From: an uncultured Desulfovibrionaceae bacterium | GTDB taxonomy: Bacteria; Desulfobacterota; Desulfovibrionia; Desulfovibrionales; Desulfovibrionaceae | Assembly (NCBI GenBank): GCA_964490985.1 | Contig: CAZBER010000001.1 | Location: 85,354-149,353, forward strand | Length of the DNA: 64,000 nt | Reading direction: 5' to 3' | Part shown: positions 24,229 to 33,828 of the stretch, piece after piece | How positions within the stretch are numbered: the stretch's first letter is position 1 | Layout of the letters: each line of letters starts with the position of its first letter | Position numbers and translations under genes: made by a program | Notes under the pieces: generated by a model | Databases searched by the model: none | Seen by the model: the letters and a program-made list of their open reading frames with translations, nothing else | What the model was told of the DNA's origin: nothing

Positions 24229-26157
24229 ATGGAACCGACCGGAACACTGGATGCCCTGCTCGTGGAGGAACGGGTGTTTCGGCCGGCCCCGGCCACGGTC
24301 ATCGAGGCCAACGTCAAGCCCCATGAACTGGAGGAAGCGTACCGGCTGGCCGAGGCCGACCATCTGGCCTACTGGGAAAAGGCCGCCCTGGAACTCGAAT
24401 GGCACCGCAAATGGGACGCCGTGCTCGACGACTCCAAGGCGCCCTTTTTCCGCTGGTTCCCGGGCGCGCGCACCAACATCGTGCACAACGCCCTGGACCG
24501 CCATGTTCATTTCTGGACCAAGAACAAGCTGGCGCTCATCTGGGAAGGCGAGGCCGGGGACTGCCGCAAGTTCACCTATTTCGAGCTCTCCCGCGAGGTC
24601 AACCGCCTGGCCGGGGCCCTGCGGGCTTTGGGCGTGGCCCGGGGCGACCGGGTGTGCCTGTACCTGCCGCCCATCCCGGAAACCGTGGTGGCCATGCTGG
24701 CCGCGGCCAAGGTCGGCGCGGCCCATGTGTTCGTCTTTGCCGGCTATTCGGCCAAGTTTTTGCGCGAGCGCCTCAACGACTGCCGGGCCAAGGTGCTGCT
24801 CACGGCCGACGGGTTTTACCGGGGCGGGCGGCTTTTAAACCTCAAGACCGTGGTGGACGAGGCCTTGCTCGGCGTGCGCGGGGACGTGGCCGAGACCGTG
24901 GTGGTGGTGCGCCGCACGGGCGACGACATCGACATGCAGGAGCCCCGGGACCTCTACTACCATGATCTCCTGCGCCAGGAATCGCCCGAGGCGGCCACGG
25001 AAATCATGGACGCCGAGGACACGCTCTTTTTGCTGCACACATCCGGGGCCTCGGGCAAGCCCAAGGCCGTGGCCCACAGCCACGGCGGCTACATGGTGGG
25101 GGCGCACCACACCTTTCGCACGGTGTTCGACATCAAGCCCACGGACATCCATTTCTGCACCGCCGACCCGGGCTGGATCACGGGCCATACCTACGGCGTG
25201 TACGGCCCGCTTTTGACCGGGGCCACGGTCATCCTCTACGAAGGCCATCCCCTCTATCCCCAGGCCGACCGGTTGCTCGGCATCGTGGAGCGCTACGGGG
25301 CCACCATCTTTTACGCCACGCCCACGCTCATCCGCATGCTCATGCGCTACGGGCCGCAGTACCCCAAAAAGCGCGACCTCTCGACCCTGCGGCTTCTCGG
25401 CAGCGTGGGCGAACCCCTGGGGCCCGAGGCCTGGACCTGGTTTTACCGCCACGTGGGCCGGTCGCGCTGCCCGGTGCTGGACACCTGGTGGCAGACCGAG
25501 ACCGGCATGGCCATGCTCTCGCCCATGCCCGTCTCGGTCCTCAAACCCGGCTCTGTGGGCCGGCCCCTGCCCGGGGTCCAGGCCGACGTGGTGGACCGCC
25601 AGGGCAACCCCGTGCCTCCGGGCCAGGGCGGGTATCTGGTCATCAAGCGGCCCTGGCCGGCCATGCTCAAGTCCTTAAACGGGGACGAGGCCGCCTACCG
25701 GGCCACCTACTGGGACCGGTTCCCGGGCAGCTATTTCGCCGGGGACGTGGCCCGACGCGACGAGGACGGATATTACTGGATCCAGGGCCGGGCGGACGAG
25801 GTGTTAAACATCGCCGGCCACCGCATCGGCACGGCCGAGGTGGAAGGGGCGCTTTGCAGCCACCGTTTCGTGGCCGAGGCGGCGGTCATCGGCCTGCCGG
25901 ACAAGATCAAGGGCGAGGTGGCCAAGGCCTTTATCGTGCCGGCCGAGGGCTGGGAGGCGCATTTTGCCGACGCCGACGCCCTGGCTGCCGAGTTGCGGGC
26001 CCATGTGCGCCGGGAACTCGGCCCCATCGTGGTCCTGCGGGCCATGGAGGTGCGCGAAGCCCTGCCGCGTACCCGCAGCGGCAAGATTCTGCGCCGCATG
26101 CTGCGGGCCGAGGAGCTCGGCCAACCCCTGGGAGACGTGTCCACCCTGGACGACTAG
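24229..26157 (+). CDS. acs: Acetyl-CoA synthetase-like AMP-forming acyl-CoA ligase
   Basis: 642 aa. YWEKAALELEWHRKWDAVLD...FRWFPGARTNIVHNALDRH, LHTSGASGKPKAV and RSGKILRR are present. Confidence 0.85.
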   Translation: MEPTGTLDALLVEERVFRPAPATVIEANVKPHELEEAYRLAEADHLAYWEKAALELEWHRKWDAVLDDSKAPFFRWFPGARTNIVHNALDRHVHFWTKNKLALIWEGEAGDCRKFTYFELSREVNRLAGALRALGVARGDRVCLYLPPIPETVVAMLAAAKVGAAHVFVFAGYSAKFLRERLNDCRAKVLLTADGFYRGGRLLNLKTVVDEALLGVRGDVAETVVVVRRTGDDIDMQEPRDLYYHDLLRQESPEAATEIMDAEDTLFLLHTSGASGKPKAVAHSHGGYMVGAHHTFRTVFDIKPTDIHFCTADPGWITGHTYGVYGPLLTGATVILYEGHPLYPQADRLLGIVERYGATIFYATPTLIRMLMRYGPQYPKKRDLSTLRLLGSVGEPLGPEAWTWFYRHVGRSRCPVLDTWWQTETGMAMLSPMPVSVLKPGSVGRPLPGVQADVVDRQGNPVPPGQGGYLVIKRPWPAMLKSLNGDEAAYRATYWDRFPGSYFAGDVARRDEDGYYWIQGRADEVLNIAGHRIGTAEVEGALCSHRFVAEAAVIGLPDKIKGEVAKAFIVPAEGWEAHFADADALAAELRAHVRRELGPIVVLRAMEVREALPRTRSGKILRRMLRAEELGQPLGDVSTLDD

Positions 26158-26178
26158 CCGCAATAGGGAGTCCTTCAC

Positions 26179-27147
26179 ATGAAACTCTTCGCCTTAAGCG
26201 CCAGCCGGGATTTCGGCCAGGCCGTGGCCCAGAGCCTGGGCCAGGAACTGGCCGCCCACGAGGAACGGACCTTCGAGGACGACGAGCACAAGTCCCGGCC
26301 CCTGGAAAGCGTGCGCGACCTCGACGTCTACGTCATCCAGAGCCTGCACGGCGGCCCGGACGAGTCCGGCGCGGACAAGCTGTGCCGGCTGCTTTTTTTC
26401 ATCGGCGCGCTGCGGGAAAACGGCGCGGCCCGGATCACGGCCATCACCCCCTACCTGGCCTATTCGCGAAAGGACCGCCAGACCAAGCCCCGGGACCCGG
26501 TCACCACCCGGTACATGGCCCAGCTCCTGGAGACCATGGGCACGGACATGCTCATGACCCTGGAGGTCCACAACCTGGTGGCCCTGCAAAACGCCTTTCG
26601 CATCCCCACCGTGCACCTGGACACCCGCCGGCTCTTTGCCGACTACCTCGGGCCGGACTTGGCCGACGGGCCGGTGGTGGTGGCTTCGCCGGACCCGGGC
26701 GGCATCAAGCGGGCCCAGCTTTTCCGGGAAACCCTGGCCGCGCGCCTGGGTCGCGACATCGGCTTCGCCTTTCTGGAGAAGCGCCGCAAATCCGGCGTGG
26801 TCACCGGCGACCTGCTGGCCGGGGAGGTCACGAACGCCACGGTCCTGGTCCTGGACGACATGATCAGCACCGGCGGCACCATGGTCCGGGCGGCCAAGAC
26901 GTGCCTGACCGCCGGCGCGGCCCGGGTGTTCGCCCTGGCCGGGCACGGGCTTTTCACCCCCGGGGCCGACGCGGCCATGGCCGACCCGCACCTCTCCCGC
27001 GTCATCGTCACCGACGCGGTGCCGCCCTTTCGCCTGGCTCCCGAGGTGCGCGGCCGGGTGGAGGTGGTCAGCGTCGCGCCCCTTTTCGCCGAAGCCATCC
27101 GCCGGCTCAACCAGGGCGGCTCCCTGGCCGAGCTCATGCAGGACTAA
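26179..27147 (+). CDS. prs: Ribose-phosphate pyrophosphokinase
   Basis: 322 aa. VLVLDDMISTGGT is the PRPP-binding loop. N-terminal Pribosyltran_N-like region is also present. Confidence 0.85.
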   Translation: MKLFALSASRDFGQAVAQSLGQELAAHEERTFEDDEHKSRPLESVRDLDVYVIQSLHGGPDESGADKLCRLLFFIGALRENGAARITAITPYLAYSRKDRQTKPRDPVTTRYMAQLLETMGTDMLMTLEVHNLVALQNAFRIPTVHLDTRRLFADYLGPDLADGPVVVASPDPGGIKRAQLFRETLAARLGRDIGFAFLEKRRKSGVVTGDLLAGEVTNATVLVLDDMISTGGTMVRAAKTCLTAGAARVFALAGHGLFTPGADAAMADPHLSRVIVTDAVPPFRLAPEVRGRVEVVSVAPLFAEAIRRLNQGGSLAELMQD

Positions 27148-27180
27148 GCGCCCCCACTGATGTTATCTTGTAAGCTTACA

Positions 27181-27247
27181 AATCCATTATGGGTTTCCAA
27201 AGGGCGGAGCCCTTTGGTCGCCGAAGGCTTCAAAAACGACTCTGTTC
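27181..27247 (+). repeat. Intergenic repeat family, copy 1
   Basis: aatccattatgggtttccaaagggcggagccctttggtcgccgaaggcttcaaaaacgactctgtt. Internal hairpin ccaaaggg-N5-ccctttgg. Lies between convergent genes. Confidence 0.85.
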
Positions 27248-27267
27248 GCCAAAACCTCTCCTGTTTT

Positions 27268-28308
27268 TCAGGGAAGCGTCTCCAACGCGGCCTCGGCCAG
27301 GTCGAGATAGGCCCGGGCCAGGCGCGGCCAACGTTTTGGGGTCCGAGGCCGGGGCTCGAACAGATGGGCCAGGGCCAGCCGGGCGCGCAGGCAGGCCCGA
27401 AAGGCGGTATGAAAGGCCCAAAGCCCCTCCCCGGGCCGGTCGCGCAGCCGGGTTTCCAGGATGCGGCGCAGGGCCGGGCCGACCCAGCCGGCCCCAAGCC
27501 GGGTGCATTCCAGGCCCAGAAAGGCGATCTCCTCGAAGGGGTCCACCAGGCGCAGGAAGCGGTTGAATTCCAGGCAGTCGATGACCAGAGGCGGCTCGGC
27601 CAGGCACACGTGCTCGGGGCGCAGGTCGCCATGCCCCTCCACCACCCGGCCCTGGACCACCCGGGCTTCCAGCAGGGTTCCGTCACGGATCAAAAACCGC
27701 TCCATGGCCTCGGCCAGGCGGTCGAGCCGCGCCCCGTCCACGGCGAATTCCAGGCGCTTGAGGATATCCAGGTTAAGGGCCTGCTCGCCGCGAAACCGCT
27801 CCAGATAGGCCCGGGGCGCGATGTCGGCCGGCGGCAGGCCGGCGTAGAAATCGGCCAGCACGCCGCCCAGCCGGTCCACGGCCTGGGGAGCCAGCGTCTT
27901 GGCCGCAATGGCGTGATCCATGAGACAGGCCCGGGGCAGCCGGCGCATGCGCACCAGCCACTCCGCCACCGGCCCTTGGCCGTCCAGGGCCAGGCCGCCG
28001 TCCGGCTCCACGGTCAGGGGCACCACGTCCCGGTACACGTCCGGGGCCAGGCGGCGGTTTAAGCGCACCTCTTCCCGGCAATCGGCCTCCCGGGCGGCCA
28101 GGGTGGTGAAATCCAGCACCGTGCCCCGCATGACCGGCTTTTTGAGCTTGTAGACGTCGCCGCCGACCAGAAACACGAAGGACATGTGGGTTTCCCGCAC
28201 CGATACGGCGGCGGGAACCGTGGGATAGGCCGCGGGCGAAGACAGGAACCGGACCTTGGCCGCCAGGGACACGGCCTGCCCGTCCCGGCCGGAGCCCGTT
28301 GCCGTCAT
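27268..28308 (-). CDS. Aminoglycoside-phosphotransferase-like kinase-fold protein
   Basis: ATG at 28308 (MTATGSG...). VYKLKKP, HGDLRPEHVCL and IDCLEF match APH/choline-kinase-type catalytic motifs. Confidence 0.7.
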   Translation of the reverse strand: MTATGSGRDGQAVSLAAKVRFLSSPAAYPTVPAAVSVRETHMSFVFLVGGDVYKLKKPVMRGTVLDFTTLAAREADCREEVRLNRRLAPDVYRDVVPLTVEPDGGLALDGQGPVAEWLVRMRRLPRACLMDHAIAAKTLAPQAVDRLGGVLADFYAGLPPADIAPRAYLERFRGEQALNLDILKRLEFAVDGARLDRLAEAMERFLIRDGTLLEARVVQGRVVEGHGDLRPEHVCLAEPPLVIDCLEFNRFLRLVDPFEEIAFLGLECTRLGAGWVGPALRRILETRLRDRPGEGLWAFHTAFRACLRARLALAHLFEPRPRTPKRWPRLARAYLDLAEAALETLP

Positions 28309-28330
28309 GCCGGACACAGCGGGCTTTGGT

Positions 28331-29014
28331 CTAGGAGCCGTTTTTGCGGCCGCCCTCAGCCAGGCGAGCGGCCGCCGCGTCAAGGAGGCGAATGACCTCG
28401 TCGTCCTCCAGCTGGTGAAAATCCAGGTACCATTGGCCGATGGCCTGAAAGTCCCGGGGCTGCTCCAGGCACACCACCTCGTCGGCCTCCCGGCCAAGCC
28501 TTGTCACGGCGTCGGGCGGGGCCACGGGCACGGCCAGAATGACCCGGGCCGCGCCGCGCTTTTTGAGCGCCCGCACGGCCGCCAGGGCGGTTGCGCCCGT
28601 GGCCAGGCCGTCGTCGATGACAACGACGTCGCGGCCCTTGGGGTCCGGCCGTTTTCGGCCGCCAAGATACTTTTCCCGCCGCCGTTCGATCTCGGCCAGC
28701 TCCCGCTTGCCCACGGCCTCGATGTAGGCCGCGTCCGCCCCGGTCATGGCCACCAGGGATTCGTTGAACACCATCTGGGGCTCGTCGCCGTCCACCACCG
28801 CGCCGATGGCCAGCTCGGGTTGGCCGGGCGCGCCAATCTTGCGCACGAGCACCAGGTCCAGCGGCGCGTGCAGGGCCTCGGCCACGATGGCGGCCACGGG
28901 CACGCCGCCGCGCGGCAGGGCAAAGACCGCGGGCCGGTCGAGCTTCATGGCAGTCAGGCGCTTGGCCAAAAGCCGGCCCGCCTCGTTTCGGTCCGTGAAA
29001 ATGGTGTTATGCAT
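28331..29014 (-). CDS. Phosphoribosyltransferase family protein
   Basis: VVVIDDGLATGATALAAV is the PRPP-binding motif. ATG at 29014. Confidence 0.8.
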   Translation of the reverse strand: MHNTIFTDRNEAGRLLAKRLTAMKLDRPAVFALPRGGVPVAAIVAEALHAPLDLVLVRKIGAPGQPELAIGAVVDGDEPQMVFNESLVAMTGADAAYIEAVGKRELAEIERRREKYLGGRKRPDPKGRDVVVIDDGLATGATALAAVRALKKRGAARVILAVPVAPPDAVTRLGREADEVVCLEQPRDFQAIGQWYLDFHQLEDDEVIRLLDAAAARLAEGGRKNGS

Positions 29015-29720
29015 GGCCGGGCCTCCGGGCATGGAGCATGAACCAGTCGGCGGCCAGGCGCGCCACCTCTTCCAGGGTGCCCGGCTCCTCGAACAGGTGC
29101 GAGGCCCCGGGCACGATCTTGAGGTCCGTCTCGCAGGTCATTTTTGCCCGAGCCTGGTGGTTGAGTTCCAGCACCGTTGTGTCCGCGCCGCCGACGATCA
29201 AAAGCGTGGGGGCCTTGACGCGGGGCAAGGCCGCGTCGGCCAGGTCCGGCCGACCGCCCCGGGACACCACGGCCGCGATGTCGGCCGATTCGTGGGCCGC
29301 GGCGACCAGGGCGGCGGCGGCCCCGGTGCTGGCCCCGAAAAACTCCACCGGCAGCGTAGCGGTCTCGGCCTGGGACTGGACCACGCCCACGGCCGCTTCC
29401 AGGCGCTGGGCCAGAAGCGGGATGTTGAACACGTTGGCCCGGTCCATGGCCTCCTCAGCGGTGAGCAGGTCGAAGAGCAAGGTGGCCAGGCCGGCCCGGC
29501 GCAAGGTTTCGGCTACGGCCGCGTTGCGCGGGGACAGGCGGCTCGACCCGCTGCCGTGGGCGAAGATGACCACGGCTATGGCCTCGTCGGGCACGGCCAG
29601 GGTGCCTGGCAGGCCCACGGGGGGAACGGCGATTTCCAGGATTTGCGCCGGCACGAACGTCTCGTTGTTGCCCATGACCACCTCCGTTGCGACGGTTTGG
29701 CCGGGCCCGGCCTCCCCCAT
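29007..29720 (-). CDS. Dienelactone hydrolase / alpha-beta hydrolase family protein
   Basis: VVIFAHGSGSS is present. The nucleophile elbow is GASTG. The start is uncertain: 29720 or the internal ATG at 29675. Confidence 0.7.
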   Translation of the reverse strand: MGEAGPGQTVATEVVMGNNETFVPAQILEIAVPPVGLPGTLAVPDEAIAVVIFAHGSGSSRLSPRNAAVAETLRRAGLATLLFDLLTAEEAMDRANVFNIPLLAQRLEAAVGVVQSQAETATLPVEFFGASTGAAAALVAAAHESADIAAVVSRGGRPDLADAALPRVKAPTLLIVGGADTTVLELNHQARAKMTCETDLKIVPGASHLFEEPGTLEEVARLAADWFMLHARRPGHA

Positions 29721-29831
29721 GGAGGCTCCGGCAGGCTATATGAGAGATACTGCAAAAGCGAAACGAGCGTCAACGCGAAGGGAGATTTTTGGCGAAGGGA
29801 AGCGAGGAAGGAAACGGCGGGAGGTGGGGGA

Positions 29832-30119
29832 TCAGCGGAAGTGCTGTTGCTTTGCGCTAGGGGTCGCGCCCAGGGCCAGAAGCCGCACGTGGTCGGTGGG
29901 CATTTCCAGGCCGTCACCGAAATCCAGGGTCCAGCCGTGCTCGCCCACGGCCAGCCGGTTGAAGCGGGCTGGATCGCGAAGCGGCGCGTAGACGGCGAAG
30001 CGATGAATGGGTTCGGACAGGTCCACGTCGGCTGTGAAGCCGTCGGCCCAGGCGACGTGGGCCACCAGGGGGATTGTTGCGGCCTCAGCCGAAATGATCG
30101 GAATAAGAAGCCGCATCAT
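29832..30119 (-). CDS. DUF2442 domain protein (solo)
   Basis: VAHVAWADGFTADVDLSEPIHRFAVYAPLRDPARFNRLAVGEHGWTLDFGDGLEMPTDHV parallels the DUF2442 part of 55951..56631. Confidence 0.7.
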   Translation of the reverse strand: MMRLLIPIISAEAATIPLVAHVAWADGFTADVDLSEPIHRFAVYAPLRDPARFNRLAVGEHGWTLDFGDGLEMPTDHVRLLALGATPSAKQQHFR

Positions 30120-30122
30120 CCC

Positions 30123-31853
30123 TTACTCCTCATCCACCCATTCCTTCTTCGCCGCCGCGTAGGGCGACACCGGCGTGGTAAACGTCCGGTCGCAGCGTAC
30201 GTCCACCACGCAGGGGCCGTCGCCGGACAGGCCTTCGGCCAGGGCCGGGGCCAGTTCGTCCGGGGTGGTCACGGTCATCCCCCGCGCCCCCATGGCCCGG
30301 CCGAAGGCCGCGAAATCATGGCCCGGCAGCTCGGCCAGGGCCGCCGCGCCCGGGCCCTGGGTCACCGCCCGCAGCCAGACATTGCCCAAGGCGCTGTTGT
30401 TGATGACCACATAGAGGATATTCAGGCCATAGCGCGCGGCCGTGGCCACCTCCATGCCGTGCATGAGCATGCACCCGTCGCCGGTCACGCAGGCCACGGG
30501 CACCTGCGGCAGGGCCGCCTTGACCCCGATGGCCGCGGGTATGGCCCAGCCCATGGGGCCAAGGTTGGCGGCCGTGTAATAGGTGCACGGCGCATAGCTT
30601 TGGAAATACTGCGCGAAAAAAGCCCGGTGCGCCCCGGAGTCGGCCACCACGGCCCCGTTTCGGGGCAGCGCCCGGCGCAGCTCGGCCGCGACCCGGGCCG
30701 GGTGCAAGGGCGCGGCGTCGCTTTGGGCGTTCTCCGGCTCGTAGCACATCGGGCCGGCCGCCTTGATGCCCCGCACCCAGGCCGCCCGGGACTCGTTGCC
30801 GGACCGGAAGCGCATGATCCGGGCCGAGCCGCCGTCCATCATGAAGGCCAGCGCCGCCCGGCAGTCACCCACCACAGGCACGTGGGCGTGAAACGTGCGG
30901 CCAATGACCGTGGGGTCCACGTCCACGTGGACCAGGGCGGCCTGCGGCAGCATCTTTTTGTCCCAAAAAAGCGTGTCGCGCTGGGAAAGCCCGCTTCCCA
31001 GCACGATCAGGACCTCCACCTGGCCGGACAGAAGGGTCTCGATGGCCGGGCGATGGCCGGCATAGCCGAAAATGCCCAGCGACAGGGGATGGTCTTCCGG
31101 AAAAACGCCCTTGGCCCGAAGCGTGGTGGCCACCGGAATCTGGAACTGCTCGACAAAGGCGACAAGGGCCTGGGACGCGCCGGACTTCTCCACCCCGGCC
31201 CCGGCCAGGATGCACACCCGGCTCGGGGCCGGGCCACCGCCCTCGGGCACCAGAATGCGCCACAACCGCTCCACGGCGGCAGCATCCACGAACCGGGGCC
31301 GGTACACGGTTTCGTCCAGGGGCTCCCAAGGGGCCGTCACCTCGGCCCGCTGCACGTCCAGGGGCAGGCTCATGTGCACCGGAGCCTTGGGGCCGGCCAG
31401 CATCCGGGTCAGGCAAAACCGCAGGTGATGGTGCGTCAGGTGGGGACTTTCCACGGCCAGGGAAGCGGCCGTGACCGGCGACAGCAGGGCCACGTCGTTT
31501 AAGCTCGCCGGCGAGGAATCCTGGAATCCCCCCCGTCCTTCCCAATCCGTGGGCACCTGGCCGGTGACGTAGAGCACGGGCGAGGCGTCGGCCCGGGCCG
31601 AGGCGGCCGCCGTGACCACATTGGTCACCCCGGGCCCGCCAATGGCCAGGCAGACCCCGAATTTGCCCGAAGCCCGGGCATAGCCGTCGGCCATGTAGGC
31701 CGCGCCGGATTCATGCCCGGCCACAATGGGGCGAATGCCTTCCGTCTCGGCCAAATCGGGAAGAAACGGATCGAGCAGGCCGCCCGGGACCAGAAACACA
31801 TGGTCCACGCCTTCGGCCGCAACGGCGGACAGGAGATAGCGTGTGGCGCGCAT
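30123..31853 (-). CDS. Thiamine-pyrophosphate-dependent enzyme (acetolactate synthase large-subunit-like family)
   Basis: GVDHVFLVPGG and GPGVTN are present. TGDGCMLMHGMEVATAARYGLNILYVVINN matches the TPP-binding motif GDG-x24-NN. Confidence 0.85.
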   Translation of the reverse strand: MRATRYLLSAVAAEGVDHVFLVPGGLLDPFLPDLAETEGIRPIVAGHESGAAYMADGYARASGKFGVCLAIGGPGVTNVVTAAASARADASPVLYVTGQVPTDWEGRGGFQDSSPASLNDVALLSPVTAASLAVESPHLTHHHLRFCLTRMLAGPKAPVHMSLPLDVQRAEVTAPWEPLDETVYRPRFVDAAAVERLWRILVPEGGGPAPSRVCILAGAGVEKSGASQALVAFVEQFQIPVATTLRAKGVFPEDHPLSLGIFGYAGHRPAIETLLSGQVEVLIVLGSGLSQRDTLFWDKKMLPQAALVHVDVDPTVIGRTFHAHVPVVGDCRAALAFMMDGGSARIMRFRSGNESRAAWVRGIKAAGPMCYEPENAQSDAAPLHPARVAAELRRALPRNGAVVADSGAHRAFFAQYFQSYAPCTYYTAANLGPMGWAIPAAIGVKAALPQVPVACVTGDGCMLMHGMEVATAARYGLNILYVVINNSALGNVWLRAVTQGPGAAALAELPGHDFAAFGRAMGARGMTVTTPDELAPALAEGLSGDGPCVVDVRCDRTFTTPVSPYAAAKKEWVDEE

Positions 31854-31928
31854 GGCCGCTCCCGCGTTGGGGTTTCGCCGGATGTCGCATAGTGCGCCCG
31901 GGAAACCCCAACGTCAAGACGGGCGGCC

Positions 31929-32339
31929 TCAGGGCGAGGAAGAGGTCCCCCGGTAGCCCGGGGATTTCTCGACCAGATCGATCAGGAGCAGAACCATGGA
32001 CAGGTCCCGCTTGGTTTCCGGGCTTATGGCCGAAAGCACGTAGTCCTTGAGCGACGCGCCCGTGCCCGGCATGTCCTGGCCGGTCTCCTGGCGCGCATTG
32101 TGGACGGTTTCCAGAAACGACAGCAGCAGATAGGGCCAAACGTCGTCGTAGTAGAGATGGTAGTCCAGTATCTCCTTGATCTTGAGTACCGCGAACATGA
32201 TGTTGTCCGGTTCCCGATAATCCCGGGTCCACAAGTCCCGGTCGCTTAAGCGCGGCCGGCGCGGCGACGGGGCCGCGGCCTTGGGGTCCTGGGGTGGCCA
32301 GCCTTGGCGATGGGCGGTAAATTGCAGTATCTGGGCCAT
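31929..32339 (-). CDS. Hypothetical protein
   Basis: 136-aa ORF with an ATG start and ordinary composition in its C-terminal two thirds. No domain recognised. Confidence 0.4.
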   Translation of the reverse strand: MAQILQFTAHRQGWPPQDPKAAAPSPRRPRLSDRDLWTRDYREPDNIMFAVLKIKEILDYHLYYDDVWPYLLLSFLETVHNARQETGQDMPGTGASLKDYVLSAISPETKRDLSMVLLLIDLVEKSPGYRGTSSSP

Positions 32340-32550
32340 GCGCCTCCTCCCTGGCGGCGTTTCGCGCCGGCTTCCCGTCGGCGCGCGTGCATGTCCCCTC
32401 TTCGGCTGTTTTCCGAAATTCCTTTAGCGCCCGGGCAATAGTTTCCTCCAATGGCATCCTGCCGCAGTCATTGGAAAAAACGATTTCCCCTTGCCCCCGG
32501 CGCCGGATAGACGGGTATGGTTACAATCTGCCAGCCCTGGAGGAATCGCC

Positions 32551-33828
32551 ATGAGCCAATCCGCCTACACCGAGATGTGGGAACGCCTGAACCTGGACAT
32601 CCCGGCCCACGACGCCTTGCTTACGGTTTTGGGCAAGTTTTACGGGGACATCTACCTGTCCCAGGAAGGACGATTACGTGGCGCGCAGTACCTGGACTTT
32701 GTCCTGTCCGAGGTGCACGGGCTTCGCGTGCAGGAAATCCAGGCGGCCAAGGCTGCCGGCAAGAAGGTGGTGGGAACCTTTTGCGTGTTCGTGCCCGAGG
32801 AACTGACCCTGGCCGCCGGAGCCGTCCAGGTGGGGCTTTGCGCCGGAGCCAAGGCCGGGGCCGAGCGGGCCGAGACCATCCTGCCCCGCAACACCTGCGA
32901 CCTGATCAAGTCCTTTGTGGGTTTCAAGCTGGCCCGGATCTGCCCCTACACCGAATCCTGCGACCTGGTGGTGGGCGAAACCACCTGCGACGGCAAGAAA
33001 AAGGCCTATGAGGCCTTTGGCGAGCTGGTCAACATGCACGTCATGGAAGTGCCCCAGCGCAAGGACGCCTGCGACCGGGCGCTTTTTCGGTCCGAGATCG
33101 AGCGCTACAAGGCCGTCCTGGAAGAACTGACCGGCAACGCCATCACCGTGGAGGCCCTGGGCCAGGCCACGGAAACGGTCAATGCCAAGCGCCGGGTCTT
33201 GCAGCGCCTCTCGGCCCTGCGCGCCGCCGACCCGGCCCCCATCTCGGGCCGCGACGCCCTGCTCGTCAACCAGATCAGCTTTTACGACGATCCGGTGCGC
33301 TTCACCGCCAAGATAGGCGAGCTGTGCGACGAGATCGAAGCCCGCGTGGTCAAGGGCCAGGGCGTGGCCCCGGCCGGCACGCCGCGCCTGCTTCTGGCCG
33401 GCTGTCCCATGGCCGTGCCCAACTGGAAGCTGCCGTATCTGATCGAAAGCTCGGGTGCGGTGGTGGTCGGCGAGGAATCGTGCGTGGGCAGCCGCAACAC
33501 CCGGGACCTGACCGACGCCTCGGGCCAAACCATGGACGAGGCGCTCTGCGCCCTGACCGACCGGTATCTCAAGATCGACTGCGCCTGCTTCACGCCCAAT
33601 GCCGAGCGCCTGGAAAACATCGCAACCATGGCCCGGGAGCTCAACGTCGACGGCGTCATCCATTACGGGCTGCTTTTCTGCCAGCCCTATGCCCACGAGG
33701 CCTTCAAGGTGGGCAAGGCCATGGAGGCGGCCGGCATTCCGTTCCTTTCCATCGAAACGGACTATGGCATGGAGGATGTGGGCCAGCTCAAGACCCGGGT
33801 GGAAGCCTTTGTGGAGACCTTGAAGTGA
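32551..33828 (+). CDS. 2-hydroxyacyl-CoA dehydratase / BcrC-BadD-HgdB family protein (single-subunit, double-cubane-cluster-protein-like)
   Basis: ATG at 32551 after GGAGG. Cys-rich: FCVF, GLCAG, NTCD, ICPY, SCD, TTCDG, AGCP, ESCVG, DCACF, FCQPY. Confidence 0.7.
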   Translation: MSQSAYTEMWERLNLDIPAHDALLTVLGKFYGDIYLSQEGRLRGAQYLDFVLSEVHGLRVQEIQAAKAAGKKVVGTFCVFVPEELTLAAGAVQVGLCAGAKAGAERAETILPRNTCDLIKSFVGFKLARICPYTESCDLVVGETTCDGKKKAYEAFGELVNMHVMEVPQRKDACDRALFRSEIERYKAVLEELTGNAITVEALGQATETVNAKRRVLQRLSALRAADPAPISGRDALLVNQISFYDDPVRFTAKIGELCDEIEARVVKGQGVAPAGTPRLLLAGCPMAVPNWKLPYLIESSGAVVVGEESCVGSRNTRDLTDASGQTMDEALCALTDRYLKIDCACFTPNAERLENIATMARELNVDGVIHYGLLFCQPYAHEAFKVGKAMEAAGIPFLSIETDYGMEDVGQLKTRVEAFVETLK

